In this document: positions 49,184 through 61,048 of the stretch, in pieces | Layout: each line of letters starts with the position of its first letter | Position numbering within the stretch: position 1 is the stretch's first letter | Assembly (NCBI GenBank): GCA_021735685.1 | Contig: JAIPGN010000003.1 | Coordinates: 1,269 to 65,268 of the forward strand | Direction of reading: 5' to 3' | Length of the DNA: 64,000 bases | DNA from: Patescibacteria group bacterium | GTDB lineage: Bacteria > Patescibacteriota > Patescibacteriia > UBA2591 > UBA6264 | The notes under the pieces: generated by a model | Seen by the model: only the letters and a program-made list of their open reading frames with translations | The model's database searches: none | Told to the model about the DNA's origin: nothing | Position numbers and translations under genes: made by a program

Positions 49184-49729
49184 TTACAATTTCTTAATTT
49201 GCAAAAAATCAAGTTCGGCCGGAGTTTCTCTACCAAAGACAGAAATTAAAATCTTTACCCTTCCTCTTCCTTCATCAATTGAGGAAACTTTACCCTCAAA
49301 ACCCTTAAAGGGTCCGTCAATAACTTTAACCGGCTCATCAACTTTAATATCAATTTTATACTTGGGTTCCTCCACTCCCATTCTTTTTTTAATATTTTTA
49401 ATTTCATTTTCTTCTAAAGGAATTGGTGTAGTACCAGAACCAATAAAACCGGTAACATTAGGAGTGTTTCTCACAACATACCAAGAATCATCAGTGACAA
49501 CCATATCAACAATTACGTAACCTGGAAAAATTTTCTCTACCACTATTTTTCTTTTTCCATTTCTAATCTTAATTCTTTTCTCTGTGGGAACCAGAACATC
49601 AAAAATCTTATCCGACATTCGCATCGATTCAATTCTTTGCCGTAAACTGTCGGCAACATTCTCTTCGTAACCAGAATAGACATGAATCGCATACCAACGG
49701 CGACCCTCGTCTTGGGTTTGTTTAGGCAT
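49184..49729 (-). CDS. nusG: Transcription termination/antitermination factor NusG
   Basis: WYAIHVYSGYE, FPGY, VRNTPNVTGF, KOW motif GPFKGFEG, FGRETP. Confidence 0.98.
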   Translation of the reverse strand: MPKQTQDEGRRWYAIHVYSGYEENVADSLRQRIESMRMSDKIFDVLVPTEKRIKIRNGKRKIVVEKIFPGYVIVDMVVTDDSWYVVRNTPNVTGFIGSGTTPIPLEENEIKNIKKRMGVEEPKYKIDIKVDEPVKVIDGPFKGFEGKVSSIDEGRGRVKILISVFGRETPAELDFLQIKKL

Positions 49730-49743
49730 ATAAACGTTTCACT

Positions 49744-49851
49744 TAATTTCTAATATCTAATTCCTAATTTCTAACATTTAAAACTGTTTAGAATTTTGGA
49801 TTTAAGTCATTTGAATTTGTTTCGTATTTAGGATTTCGTATTTAGAATTTC
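49744..49851. repeat. Heptamer-periodic imperfect inverted-repeat element between secE and nusG
   Basis: TAATTTC-TAATATC-TAATTCC-TAATTTC (49744-49771) and TTTCGTA-TTTAGGA-TTTCGTA-TTTAGAA (49820-49847). Confidence 0.7.
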
Positions 49852-49867
49852 TATTGCAAAACAATAG

Positions 49868-50065
49868 TTATATTACTAATTGCAAAATTTGCGTTAAGAA
49901 AAAATCAACAATCCCTAAAAAAAGAGCCACTCCCAAACTAATGCCAATCACTAAAGCTGTATTATTAACCGTTTCCTTTTTAGTGGGCCAATTAACTCTC
50001 TTTAATTCCCTTGCTGAATTTTTAAAATAATTAGTTAATTTCTGGGCCATATATTTTTTCTTCAA
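49868..50065 (-). CDS. secE: Preprotein translocase subunit SecE
   Basis: ELKRVNWPT plus one TM helix; upstream of nusG; probable start at ATG 50050. Confidence 0.95.
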   Translation of the reverse strand: MKKKYMAQKLTNYFKNSARELKRVNWPTKKETVNNTALVIGISLGVALFLGIVDFFLTQILQLVI

Positions 50066-50135
50066 AGTTTAATTAGGCTTGATCTTAACACACCTTAGAG
50101 AAATAAGCAAGCCTTAAATATTTTTTATTTTTAAT

Positions 50136-52232
<2,097 letters not shown>

Positions 52233-52355
52233 TCAATCTTATTTTATTATAACAAAAATAAAGGAAAGAGCAAGTTAAAAATAAGCTTTATTTTAGCACT
52301 CCAATCAATAAAAAAAAGAGATTTTTCTCTTTTTTAAAAATACTTAAAGCTAAAT

Positions 52356-53681
52356 TTAATCTTCCGAAACAGCTTCTTCTGTTTCTCTCTCACCCCTCAA
52401 GATAACATTAAATTCTGTTTCCTCGCCTTCTCTCAAAACCACTAAATTAATCTCTTCTCCTGGCAACTTTTCCTGTACCAAGTAAGTCAATTCTTGTTTT
52501 CCTGCCAAAATAATTTGATCCGCCCTGATAATCACATCTGCGTTTTTGATTCCAGCCAAATCAGCTGGACTTTCTGGCAAAGGATCGCCATAAACAATTG
52601 ATCCATAATTCAAATCTTGAAAATAAGAATTCAATAACCCCGGAGCTTCCTCAATCTTAATATAATCAATTCCTAAATAAGTCTTTTGAATTTCTTCTCC
52701 TTGGGCTAAATAATGTTGTACTCGTCCCAAATGCCAAGTCGGAACCAAAGATTCATTAGAAATTAAACCAATTAAACTTCCCCTTTGGTCAAAAACTAAA
52801 CCATTAGGAAAAGAAAGAATAGAAATATCTCTATTTAGACGCAAATAATCCGAAAAATAATCAGTTGAACGCACCAAATCAGCAGTTTGGTAAATCCGCC
52901 GAGCTCGAGGATTACTTACTTCAGTTAAATGCAAATTATTAAATTTATCAAAGATTAAAACCTCTGCTCCCGAAAAAATATCCTGACCTTTGTTTAATTC
53001 TAAAACTACTGGATGCGAATGATTAATTTTCAAAAAATTAACCTTATTTTCTTCATAAGTCCTGAATTCTTCTACAGGAAAAACTTCATTATTTTTATCT
53101 AACACTACATAGCTTTCCTCTTCTTTTAAATCGGCCGTGGTGATCAGCCAGCCCTCTTCGCTAATCATCGCTCCTATCCCTAAAACTTGCCAAGGTGCAT
53201 AGATCTGCTCCAAAAAGCCAAGACTTAATTGATCATCAGCAACATCTTTGGCTAAAAAAATTCTCAACAAGCCAGCTGAAATATTTTCTTCCAAATCTTG
53301 AATGTAATCCTCAGCCATAATTGTGATTTGTTCGCTTTTTTCCTCTTTTTCTTCGGAAACAGGGAAAAATTCCTCAATACTTATCGTCAAACCCCCTGGT
53401 AAATCTATTTTTTTTTGGCGAAAAATAAATACAGATCCAGCCAATCCCGCCAAAAAACCAAAAATAATAATTATAATCAAAAATTTTAACCAGCTAAAAG
53501 CCTTTATCGAGGGACGATTAATAGAAGAATATTTAGGATTACTATAAAATTCATCAATATGTTCTTTGGTCTCGGCCTGTTTATTCTCTAAGAATTGAGA
53601 ACGATCACTTTTCTTTACCCTTACCTCTTCATGTTCCTTATCTTCAACATTAACCACAACCTTATTTTTTTTAGAAGCCAT
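52356..53681 (-). CDS. HtrA/DegP-like membrane protein with PDZ domain; catalytic triad apparently degenerate
   Basis: TM helix; G.G.MIS.EG.LIT; G.V.D..G.LIG; PDZ motifs YLGI, SPA..AGIK..DVI. Confidence 0.75.
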   Translation of the reverse strand: MASKKNKVVVNVEDKEHEEVRVKKSDRSQFLENKQAETKEHIDEFYSNPKYSSINRPSIKAFSWLKFLIIIIIFGFLAGLAGSVFIFRQKKIDLPGGLTISIEEFFPVSEEKEEKSEQITIMAEDYIQDLEENISAGLLRIFLAKDVADDQLSLGFLEQIYAPWQVLGIGAMISEEGWLITTADLKEEESYVVLDKNNEVFPVEEFRTYEENKVNFLKINHSHPVVLELNKGQDIFSGAEVLIFDKFNNLHLTEVSNPRARRIYQTADLVRSTDYFSDYLRLNRDISILSFPNGLVFDQRGSLIGLISNESLVPTWHLGRVQHYLAQGEEIQKTYLGIDYIKIEEAPGLLNSYFQDLNYGSIVYGDPLPESPADLAGIKNADVIIRADQIILAGKQELTYLVQEKLPGEEINLVVLREGEETEFNVILRGERETEEAVSED

Positions 53682-53683
53682 AT

Positions 53684-54340
53684 TTAAACTTTAGTCTTAA
53701 ATAAATTAAAATAAACGTTAAGAAAAAGAGAAAAAAAAGAAATTATTAAAGCATTGAAAAAATTACCCCAAGGCAAAAGATCTAAACAAATATAAATTTC
53801 AATTAAAATTAAAGAAAGGATTAAAATCCTGTTTCTCGGCATTGGCTGCGAAGAAAAAAATAGAAAAGGATAGAGATGAAGCCAAACAAAAATTAGGACT
53901 AAAATTAAATAAGACCAGCTTTCTTCTCCCCAAAAGCCGATTATTGAACAAATCCAATAAATTAAAACAAAATTCAACCAAATACTTATCTCTTGAATTT
54001 GGAAAGGACGATAAAGACGGGGTTGATAAAAAAAACGACCGAAGGTCAAAAAAAGAACAAAAATTATGAAAACAAAAAGCAAAACAAAGGCTAAGGTCCA
54101 AGCGAAAGATTCTAAGAGTAAAAAAAATAACAATCCACTTGAACTGCAAACCAAGACTTGTAGAAAAAAGGGCCAACGTTTTTTAAAATTTCCTTTAGCC
54201 AAAATAAAAGCCCCGCCCCCTAAGAGCAAAAAAAGCAAAGGATAAATAATTTTTAACCAAAATGTATTTTCGGGCCGTAAGGCAAAAACGAGAAGAAAAA
54301 AAGAACAAATTGGTAAATAAAGATAAAATTTTGATTTCAT
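53684..54340 (-). CDS. Hypothetical polytopic membrane protein
   Basis: Highly hydrophobic 218 aa; coupled to neighbours. Confidence 0.6.
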   Translation of the reverse strand: MKSKFYLYLPICSFFLLVFALRPENTFWLKIIYPLLFLLLGGGAFILAKGNFKKRWPFFLQVLVCSSSGLLFFLLLESFAWTLAFVLLFVFIIFVLFLTFGRFFYQPRLYRPFQIQEISIWLNFVLIYWICSIIGFWGEESWSYLILVLIFVWLHLYPFLFFSSQPMPRNRILILSLILIEIYICLDLLPWGNFFNALIISFFSLFLNVYFNLFKTKV

Positions 54341-54693
54341 TATTTAATACCCATAGTTTCCGGAAGCACTTCCTCCCAATCGTCCTGAGCGCTTCTTCTT
54401 TGATAAATCTTGAATTTAAGAATTTGATCTTGGTCAGAATAAACATAATCAACAGCCACCCTTCCTCCTACTCGACGACTACTTAAAACCTTTTTACTGA
54501 CCACTTTTGGTTGGCTTACTTTTTCTAACTTCATTTTCCCTAAAGGGCCCCTAAACTCAATTACTTCCCTTTGCCCTTTAATTTTTTGACCATCACTGGT
54601 TTCCGTTACCTCAAATTCTTCTTGATATTTACGATCAATTCCAAAATTCTCCTCTACTTTGAAAATTAAATTTTCCCATTTTTGTAGATTCAT
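54340..54693 (-). CDS. Hypothetical soluble protein
   Basis: 117 aa; W......F, IEF.GPLG.MKLE...P.V..K; operon context. Confidence 0.7.
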   Translation of the reverse strand: MNLQKWENLIFKVEENFGIDRKYQEEFEVTETSDGQKIKGQREVIEFRGPLGKMKLEKVSQPKVVSKKVLSSRRVGGRVAVDYVYSDQDQILKFKIYQRRSAQDDWEEVLPETMGIK

Positions 54694-54702
54694 ATCAATA
54701 TT

Positions 54703-55233
54703 TTAACTCTTTTGAGAGAAAATACAACCGCAATAATTTTGACGATAAAAATTATATTTTTTTCCCAATGCTACACTTTTCTTAAAACCATCTTTCTTTT
54801 TAAAATCATCTTCCCAAAAAGGCAAATCGTATTTTTGAGCTAAAGAACTACCTAAGGCATTAATCACTTGAGCATTTTTTTGTGGCCCAGTAGTTAAGGT
54901 TGTAGACCAATAATCAAACTTATTTTCCTTAGCTTTTTCGGCCGTTTTTTTTAAACGATCTTGAAAACAAAACCAACACCTTTTTCCTCCTTCTGGTTCC
55001 TTTTCCAAGCCTCGCATTTTTTGTCGCCAAAGCTCCTCTCTCCCTTTAACCTCTAACCAATTCTTTTTGTAAATATCAGCTAACCTAAGAGCGTCTTTTC
55101 TTCGTCTTTGCTCTTCTTCTTTAGGGTAAATGTTAGGATTGTACCAGAACAAAGAAACCTCAAAGCGATTCCCCAATTTTTCCAGAGCAGCAATTCCACA
55201 AGAAGCGCAACAAAGATGAAGAAGTAATTTCAT
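54703..55233 (-). CDS. queH: Epoxyqueuosine reductase QueH (DUF208)
   Basis: LLLHLCCASC, YNPNIYP..E...R, EPEGG.RC..C...RL, YRQNYCGC.FS. Confidence 0.92.
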   Translation of the reverse strand: MKLLLHLCCASCGIAALEKLGNRFEVSLFWYNPNIYPKEEEQRRRKDALRLADIYKKNWLEVKGREELWRQKMRGLEKEPEGGKRCWFCFQDRLKKTAEKAKENKFDYWSTTLTTGPQKNAQVINALGSSLAQKYDLPFWEDDFKKKDGFKKSVALGKKYNFYRQNYCGCIFSQKS

Positions 55234-55238
55234 ATTTA

Positions 55239-56396
55239 TTAAAAAATATTAATAAATAAACTAAAAACAGCGGCCATAGGAAAAGCCACTTTAAGGCCCA
55301 CTATTGCCACCAAGGCTAATAAAACTAAACCCATAGCAGCTCGACCGAAATTAGAAGAAATTTCCCGCAAAACCGTATATTCATCAACATAACTGCCGTG
55401 ATCAGTAAATTTTTCGTAAGAAAAAGCATCAAAAGGGGTACGAAAAGCAATATAACCCAAACTGTGAAAAGTTCCAGCCACAAAAATCTGAAGAGCGGTA
55501 GCCACAAACATTTTCGCCATCCAGCCAGTCGCATAAATTAAAGAACCCAATTTCATCATTTTCTTCTTAGGTACTTTATCCGTATATCCACCGACCATTA
55601 ACTGACAAATCACCGTACCAATAACCACCAGGGCAGTAACTGCCCCCACTGCCAAATATTGACCGTCTAATAATTGATAAATAAAAATAGGCCAAATGAT
55701 TATCCCCACTAATCCCTGTGCTCCGTCAGCAAAATATGCTGTACGTAAACGTTGATATTTTTTTCGAAAAAGCTCTTTAAATGTTTGCTTATAAGAAAAA
55801 TCAAACTTAATTTCTTGGTGGCTTAATTTCTTGAGGGGAACAACAGAGATCATTAAAATTGCAATTGCTAAAATAAAAAGAATCTCAAAACTACCTTGGG
55901 TAAGCAAAAGTCCAGCTAACAGGGGGGCGCCTACTCCAATTAAGTAGCCCAAAATAGCCAAATAAGCCATTTGACGACCCCGATACTTACCACTAGTGAA
56001 ACGAGCAAACTCTACGTGATAAGGAACCCAATAAAGGGTACGAAAAATAACTAGATTAAGGTTAGCTAAAACTGCAAAAAGCAAAGGATTATGACGCAAA
56101 AAATAAAGGCAAGCGTAAAAAAGAACATTAAAAAAACGTGCCAGAATCATTACTTTTTTTGAGCCCACTCTTTGCATCAACATTGCCCCCAAGGGCGCAG
56201 TTAAAGCATAAAGAAAATAACCAGATAAATAAAAAACAATCACCCAATAGACTGAGTTGTTAAATTCTTGTAATAAAAAAATAGGCAAGAAAAGACCAAA
56301 CATGCCACTAGATAAAGCCACAATGCAATGATGAAGAGAAAGGGCTTTAAAGTCTTTAGATAATTTAATGGACTTAGTTAGATTGAAAATAGACAT
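55239..56396 (-). CDS. MFS transporter
   Basis: About 12 TM helices in two halves; G...D motif in the second half. Confidence 0.8.
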   Translation of the reverse strand: MSIFNLTKSIKLSKDFKALSLHHCIVALSSGMFGLFLPIFLLQEFNNSVYWVIVFYLSGYFLYALTAPLGAMLMQRVGSKKVMILARFFNVLFYACLYFLRHNPLLFAVLANLNLVIFRTLYWVPYHVEFARFTSGKYRGRQMAYLAILGYLIGVGAPLLAGLLLTQGSFEILFILAIAILMISVVPLKKLSHQEIKFDFSYKQTFKELFRKKYQRLRTAYFADGAQGLVGIIIWPIFIYQLLDGQYLAVGAVTALVVIGTVICQLMVGGYTDKVPKKKMMKLGSLIYATGWMAKMFVATALQIFVAGTFHSLGYIAFRTPFDAFSYEKFTDHGSYVDEYTVLREISSNFGRAAMGLVLLALVAIVGLKVAFPMAAVFSLFINIF

Positions 56397-56420
56397 CTAT
56401 TCTTTCTAATAAGATTAAAA

Positions 56421-56495
56421 TGGTCGGGGTAGGCGGAATTGAACCGCCGATCTCACCGTCCCGAACGGTGCGCGATACCACTTCGCTATACCCCG
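56421..56495 (-). tRNA. tRNA-Pro(CGG)
   Basis: CGGGGTA stem; CACCG-TTCGGGA-CGGTG; GGTTCAATTCC; ACCA. Confidence 0.95.
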
Positions 56496-56512
56496 ATTTT
56501 TTCTAAAAAAAA

Positions 56513-56584
56513 TGGGCTCGAATGGTTTCGAACCATCGACCTTCCGCATGTGAAGCGGACGCTCTACCCCTGAGCTACGAGCCC
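56513..56584 (-). tRNA. tRNA-Val(CAC), CCA not encoded
   Basis: GGGCTCG/CGAGCCC stem; TCCGC-TTCACAT-GCGGA; GGTTCGAAACC; discriminator A followed by TTT. Confidence 0.93.
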
Positions 56585-56589
56585 TTAAA

Positions 56590-57801
56590 TTAAAAAGCAG
56601 AAGAAAGTTGATACATCGGCAACAGGATAGAAGCAGCCATACCAGCGACAACTAAACCTAAGAAAATAATAATAATTGGTTCCAATAAAGTCACTAACTT
56701 TCCTAACATGTTTTCTATCTCTCTTGCATAAAAAGCAGAAACCTTTTCTAAAACTTCATCCAATTTTCCGGTTTGTTCTCCTACAATCATTAAACGCGGA
56801 AGCATTACTGGCACAGCCGAATTATCTAAAAACGCTTCACTTACTGAATGGCCTCCCTCCACATCATTAATTGATTGTAAAATAATATTCTTGTAAACCA
56901 CATTACCAACTACATCTGAAACGATTCTTAGAGCGCTGGTTAAAGGAATTCCACCAATCAAAAGCGTGGATAAACTACGAGCAAAACGTACTAAATAAAG
57001 TTTTTGGAAAAGAGCACCAAAAACCGGCAAACGAATCACAACTCTCCCCCAAAAAAGCTGCCCTTCTCTGGTCTTTAAAAGAAATCTTGCCCCTATAGCC
57101 AAAGCTATCAAAAAAAGAATAATATAAATATAAAAAGCTTTCAAGAAATTACTAACTGCAATTAAAATCTTCGTGGGCAAAGGTAATTCCACGCTAGATT
57201 GAGCTAAAATTTCTGTTAATTGTGGAATCACAAAAACCATCATTAAAACCATTACCCCAATAACCGTAGCAATTACAAAAATCGGATAAACCATCGCCCC
57301 CTTAATCTTATTCATCAAATCAAAGTTTTTCTCTTGCTCATCAGCTAAATATCTCAAAACTTCATCTAAATTACCAGCTGTCTCTCCAGCTCGCACCATA
57401 TTAATAAAAAAATCATCAAAGATTTTGGGGTATTTAGCCAAAGAAGAAGAAAAGCGAAGACCACCTTGGACATCTTTGGATATATTCTCAATTATTTTTT
57501 TAAGATAAGCATTGTCGGTCTGATCTTTTAAAACATCTAAAGATTCCACTAAAGGTAAACCTGCGGTTACCATAACTGAGATTTGTCGAGATAAAAAAAC
57601 TAAATCCCGAGGACCAACGCGATTTAAAAAAGGAATATTAATTTCTTTTTTCCAAAATGGTTTTTCGTCCAAATCTTCCAGAGAAAGAACAATCATTTTT
57701 TTCTCACTAAGCAATTTCAGGGCTGCATCCTGACTCATGGCCTCAATAGTACCCTCTACAGTTAAACCTTTTGAATCTTTAGCTTTGTAAGTAAATAACA
57801 T
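56590..57801 (-). CDS. pilC: Type IV pilus platform protein PilC (T2SS F family)
   Basis: F.YKA, AGLPL, AGETAGNL, IKGAMVYP, GEQTGKL, LEP. Confidence 0.95.
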   Translation of the reverse strand: MLFTYKAKDSKGLTVEGTIEAMSQDAALKLLSEKKMIVLSLEDLDEKPFWKKEINIPFLNRVGPRDLVFLSRQISVMVTAGLPLVESLDVLKDQTDNAYLKKIIENISKDVQGGLRFSSSLAKYPKIFDDFFINMVRAGETAGNLDEVLRYLADEQEKNFDLMNKIKGAMVYPIFVIATVIGVMVLMMVFVIPQLTEILAQSSVELPLPTKILIAVSNFLKAFYIYIILFLIALAIGARFLLKTREGQLFWGRVVIRLPVFGALFQKLYLVRFARSLSTLLIGGIPLTSALRIVSDVVGNVVYKNIILQSINDVEGGHSVSEAFLDNSAVPVMLPRLMIVGEQTGKLDEVLEKVSAFYAREIENMLGKLVTLLEPIIIIFLGLVVAGMAASILLPMYQLSSAF

Positions 57802-57832
57802 TTTATTTTTTAATTATCAACAATTACTTTCT

Positions 57833-58930
57833 TTATCTCCTGAGAAGCGCTTGAAATAATTCTTTATCCACGCAATATTTTTTCGCATCTTCAGGTTTTA
57901 CCTCTCCAGAAGAAACTAAGTCAGCTAGATATTGATCCATGGAAATTGCTGATTTACCTTCACTAGTTTGCAAAACTCCATTTAATTGATGAAAACGACC
58001 ATTGGCAATAATGGTTTTGATTGCTGAAGTGGCTGACAAAACTTCCACTGCCCTAATGCGTCCACCCCCAATACGAGGAACTAAACGAGAGGAAATAATT
58101 CCCGTCAAATTTTCGCTTAAAAAATAACGAATATTTTCTTCCTGCGAAGAAGGAAAAAAATGAAGAATTCGTTTAATAGTTTTTAAAGATGAGGCCGTGT
58201 CCATGATCGCCAGAACTAAACTACCAGCTTCGGCAATAGCAAAAACCTCTTTAAAGGCTGCGGCTTCTTGCAATCGAGAAAGCATCACAATGTCAGCATT
58301 TCTTTGGCGAATGTAAGATAATCCCTCTAAAAAAGAATTAACATCCTTCCCTACTTCTCTTTGCTCAATCACGCTTTTATTAGAATCAAAAACAGACTTA
58401 ATGGGTTTTTCTAAGGTAGCAATAAACTTATGCTGATTTTTGTTAATATCATCCAATAAAGATAAAAGTAAGGTGGAGCGACCCGAATCTCGCGGGCCAG
58501 TAATAAGAACTAAACCCTTTTGAGCTTGTGATAATTTTCTGATCACTGGAGGCAAACCCAAGCTATCTAACTCTTGAATCTCTTGGGACAATAGCTTAAC
58601 CCGCAAAGCCAAATCTCCCTTCTGAAAATAAATTCCAATTTGAGAATTACCAACCTTCCCAACCTTTCTTACTATTTCAACTTGCTTTTCTTTTTCTAAA
58701 ATTTCTTTTTCATTTTGATTTAAAAAAGAAGAAACAATCTCATTAATTAAAGAAACTGAAGAAATGCTTTCTCCGGGCAAAACTTCCATCTCTCCATCAA
58801 TACGCAAAAAAGGCATTTGAGCGGGTAAAAGATAAATTTCTGAAGCTTTTTTCTCAGCAGCTTTGGCACAAATTCGATTAAAAATAATTTCTATTTTACT
58901 AGACATAAAAACACATTTTAACGGGTTCAA
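57833..58930 (-). CDS. PilT/PilU-like protein with degenerate ATPase motifs
   Basis: ASEIYL, P.LRIDG, GLVLITGPRDSGRST, LE.PI, QREVG.D..SF, E.G.LV, MDQ.L..LV. Confidence 0.8.
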   Translation of the reverse strand: MNPLKCVFMSSKIEIIFNRICAKAAEKKASEIYLLPAQMPFLRIDGEMEVLPGESISSVSLINEIVSSFLNQNEKEILEKEKQVEIVRKVGKVGNSQIGIYFQKGDLALRVKLLSQEIQELDSLGLPPVIRKLSQAQKGLVLITGPRDSGRSTLLLSLLDDINKNQHKFIATLEKPIKSVFDSNKSVIEQREVGKDVNSFLEGLSYIRQRNADIVMLSRLQEAAAFKEVFAIAEAGSLVLAIMDTASSLKTIKRILHFFPSSQEENIRYFLSENLTGIISSRLVPRIGGGRIRAVEVLSATSAIKTIIANGRFHQLNGVLQTSEGKSAISMDQYLADLVSSGEVKPEDAKKYCVDKELFQALLRR

Positions 58931-58979
58931 ATCTTAAATAAAATTGTTAAAAAAATTAATAAATAAAAAACCTATTCTA

Positions 58980-60737
58980 CTACTCGCGTGACACTCTTAA
59001 GACCTCCTCTACCGTAGTCTCTCCCTTGAGAGCCTTAATATAACCATCGCGCACCATTTTTATCATATTCTGACGCTCTAACTCTTTTTCTGCATTTTCT
59101 TCATTAGCTCCCTTTTCCACAATATTTTTCATTTGATCAGTCATATCTAATGCTTCGAAAACAGCTAAACGTCCTTTATATCCCTCTTGATTACAACGAG
59201 AACAGCCCCTTCCTCGATAAAATTTTAAGTGACCAGTATTGGAATCACGATAATCTTCTAAGTTAAAATTTTTGATTTCTTTTGCCTGTAACGATTTTTC
59301 AATTGATTTTTCCACAGCATCACTTAATTTTATTTCTTCCCGACAATGAGGACAAATTTTTCGCACCAATCTTTGAGCTACTACCGTATTTAAAGAAGAA
59401 GAAATTAAAAATGGAGCTACATTCATATCCATTAAACGCGGAACAGCTCCAAAAGAATCATTAGCGTGCAAAGTAGAAAGAACGATATGCCCGGTTAGAG
59501 CTGCATGCACAGCTAACTCAGCAGTTTCATCGTCTCTAATTTCTCCCACCATGATCACGTCTGGATCTTGACGAACAATTGATCTTAAACCAGAGGCAAA
59601 GGAATAACCAACGTCCGGGCGTACCTGAGACTGGTTAATTCCTTCCAAAACATATTCAATCGGATCTTCTAAAGAGACTATATTAACCGTTGACTGATTT
59701 AATATTTTCAATAAAGCATACAGGGTGGTGGTTTTACCCGATCCAGTTGGGCCAGTAACCAAAATCATGCCATGCGGTTTGGATAAGTTATTTTTAACTA
59801 CATCTAAGCCTTGTCCCCAGAATCCCAAATCCTGCAAGGTAAAAATTCTTCGTGTAGGATCCAAAACTCGCATTACTGCCTTTTCATTATCCAAAAGCGG
59901 CATTACGGAAACCCGTAAATCAATTTGACGATCAGAGATCACTATCCTAATTCTTCCTCCCTGTGGCACTCTGGTTTCGTCTAATTTTAAATTAGACATT
60001 ACTTTAATTCGAGAAATAATAGCAGAATGCAAATATCCCGGCAGCATGGCCGTTTCTCTCAAAACTCCATCTACTCGATAACGAACTCGACTCTTGTTAG
60101 TAAAAGGCTCAATGTGAATATCAGAAACTTGATTATCTACCGCATATTTCAAAATAGACCCCACTAACTTAGCAATAGGGGCAGTTTTACTAATATCTCC
60201 TACTCCTAAATCATTGATTCCTTTACTCTTATCTAAAGTGGGTGCAAATCGGGACTCAGCTGAACCAACCGCCTCTTTTACTTCTACGTCTAATCCACTA
60301 TATTGAGCCAAGGCTTTTTCAAAAGCCGCTCTCGGAGCAACAAAATACTCAACCTGTAAACCCTTTTGGCGAGCTACAAAATTAACTGCCTCTCGAGCCC
60401 GAAAGTCACTAGGATCTAAAATAACCACTTTCAAAACTTTCTTCTCTTTGTCAAAAGGCAAAACGAAATAATTCTCAGCCACATCTTCAGGAATTATATT
60501 TAAAACCTTTTGATCAATTTCTAAACCATAAATATCAGCTATAGGCAAAGAATACAACTCCCCCTTGGCCTTAGCAATTTCTTCATCAGAAACAATTTCC
60601 TTTTTTTCCAAAAATTCATCAGGAGATAAATCATTTTTAGATTTTTCAACCTCCTTTAAAATCTTTTCATGCTGACTAGAAGATAATTTGCCTTTTTTTA
60701 ATAAAAAATTGACAATTTTGCTACTATCTTGAGACAT
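58980..60737 (-). CDS. pilB: Type IV pilus assembly ATPase PilB (GspE/PulE family)
   Basis: SDIHIEP, GPTGSGKTTTLY, EDPIEY, RQDPDVIMVGEIRD, TGH.VLSTLHAN, CPHC/CSRC. Confidence 0.95.
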   Translation of the reverse strand: MSQDSSKIVNFLLKKGKLSSSQHEKILKEVEKSKNDLSPDEFLEKKEIVSDEEIAKAKGELYSLPIADIYGLEIDQKVLNIIPEDVAENYFVLPFDKEKKVLKVVILDPSDFRAREAVNFVARQKGLQVEYFVAPRAAFEKALAQYSGLDVEVKEAVGSAESRFAPTLDKSKGINDLGVGDISKTAPIAKLVGSILKYAVDNQVSDIHIEPFTNKSRVRYRVDGVLRETAMLPGYLHSAIISRIKVMSNLKLDETRVPQGGRIRIVISDRQIDLRVSVMPLLDNEKAVMRVLDPTRRIFTLQDLGFWGQGLDVVKNNLSKPHGMILVTGPTGSGKTTTLYALLKILNQSTVNIVSLEDPIEYVLEGINQSQVRPDVGYSFASGLRSIVRQDPDVIMVGEIRDDETAELAVHAALTGHIVLSTLHANDSFGAVPRLMDMNVAPFLISSSLNTVVAQRLVRKICPHCREEIKLSDAVEKSIEKSLQAKEIKNFNLEDYRDSNTGHLKFYRGRGCSRCNQEGYKGRLAVFEALDMTDQMKNIVEKGANEENAEKELERQNMIKMVRDGYIKALKGETTVEEVLRVSRE

Positions 60738-60757
60738 ATAATTTTTTAAAATTAAAA

Positions 60758-61048
60758 CTAATCCTCGTCTTGATCTACAAAGGGCATAAAAGGATTAACT
60801 CTTCCAGTTTGATCTATGGTTATTTTCTGAAAAAAGGCCGAAGAATATTCCATTTCTTGAAAACGAGGATTATTAAGAATAATTTCTAATTTTTCTAAAC
60901 TAGGAATAGAGGCAGAAAGATAAGTTGGCCGAGCATCTTCATTTAAATTAACAGGAGTAGTGGGAACCCTTCCCAATAAAACATAAATAGTGACCCCTAA
61001 GGCCAGAAAAAAAAGAAAAAACAAAATGTACCTTTTCTTACTTTTCAT
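60758..61048 (-). CDS. Small membrane-anchored pilus-cluster protein (PilP-like position)
   Basis: TM helix plus GRVNPF motif; after pilO. Confidence 0.55.
   Translation of the reverse strand: MKSKKRYILFFLFFLALGVTIYVLLGRVPTTPVNLNEDARPTYLSASIPSLEKLEIILNNPRFQEMEYSSAFFQKITIDQTGRVNPFMPFVDQDED

Noticed and set aside
52293-52301. Perfect CIRCE half-site TTAGCACTC upstream of gyrB
   Set aside because: The matching second arm is absent at the 9-bp spacing.
56415-56651. 78-aa ORF
   Set aside because: Overlaps tRNA-Pro, tRNA-Val and the end of pilC.
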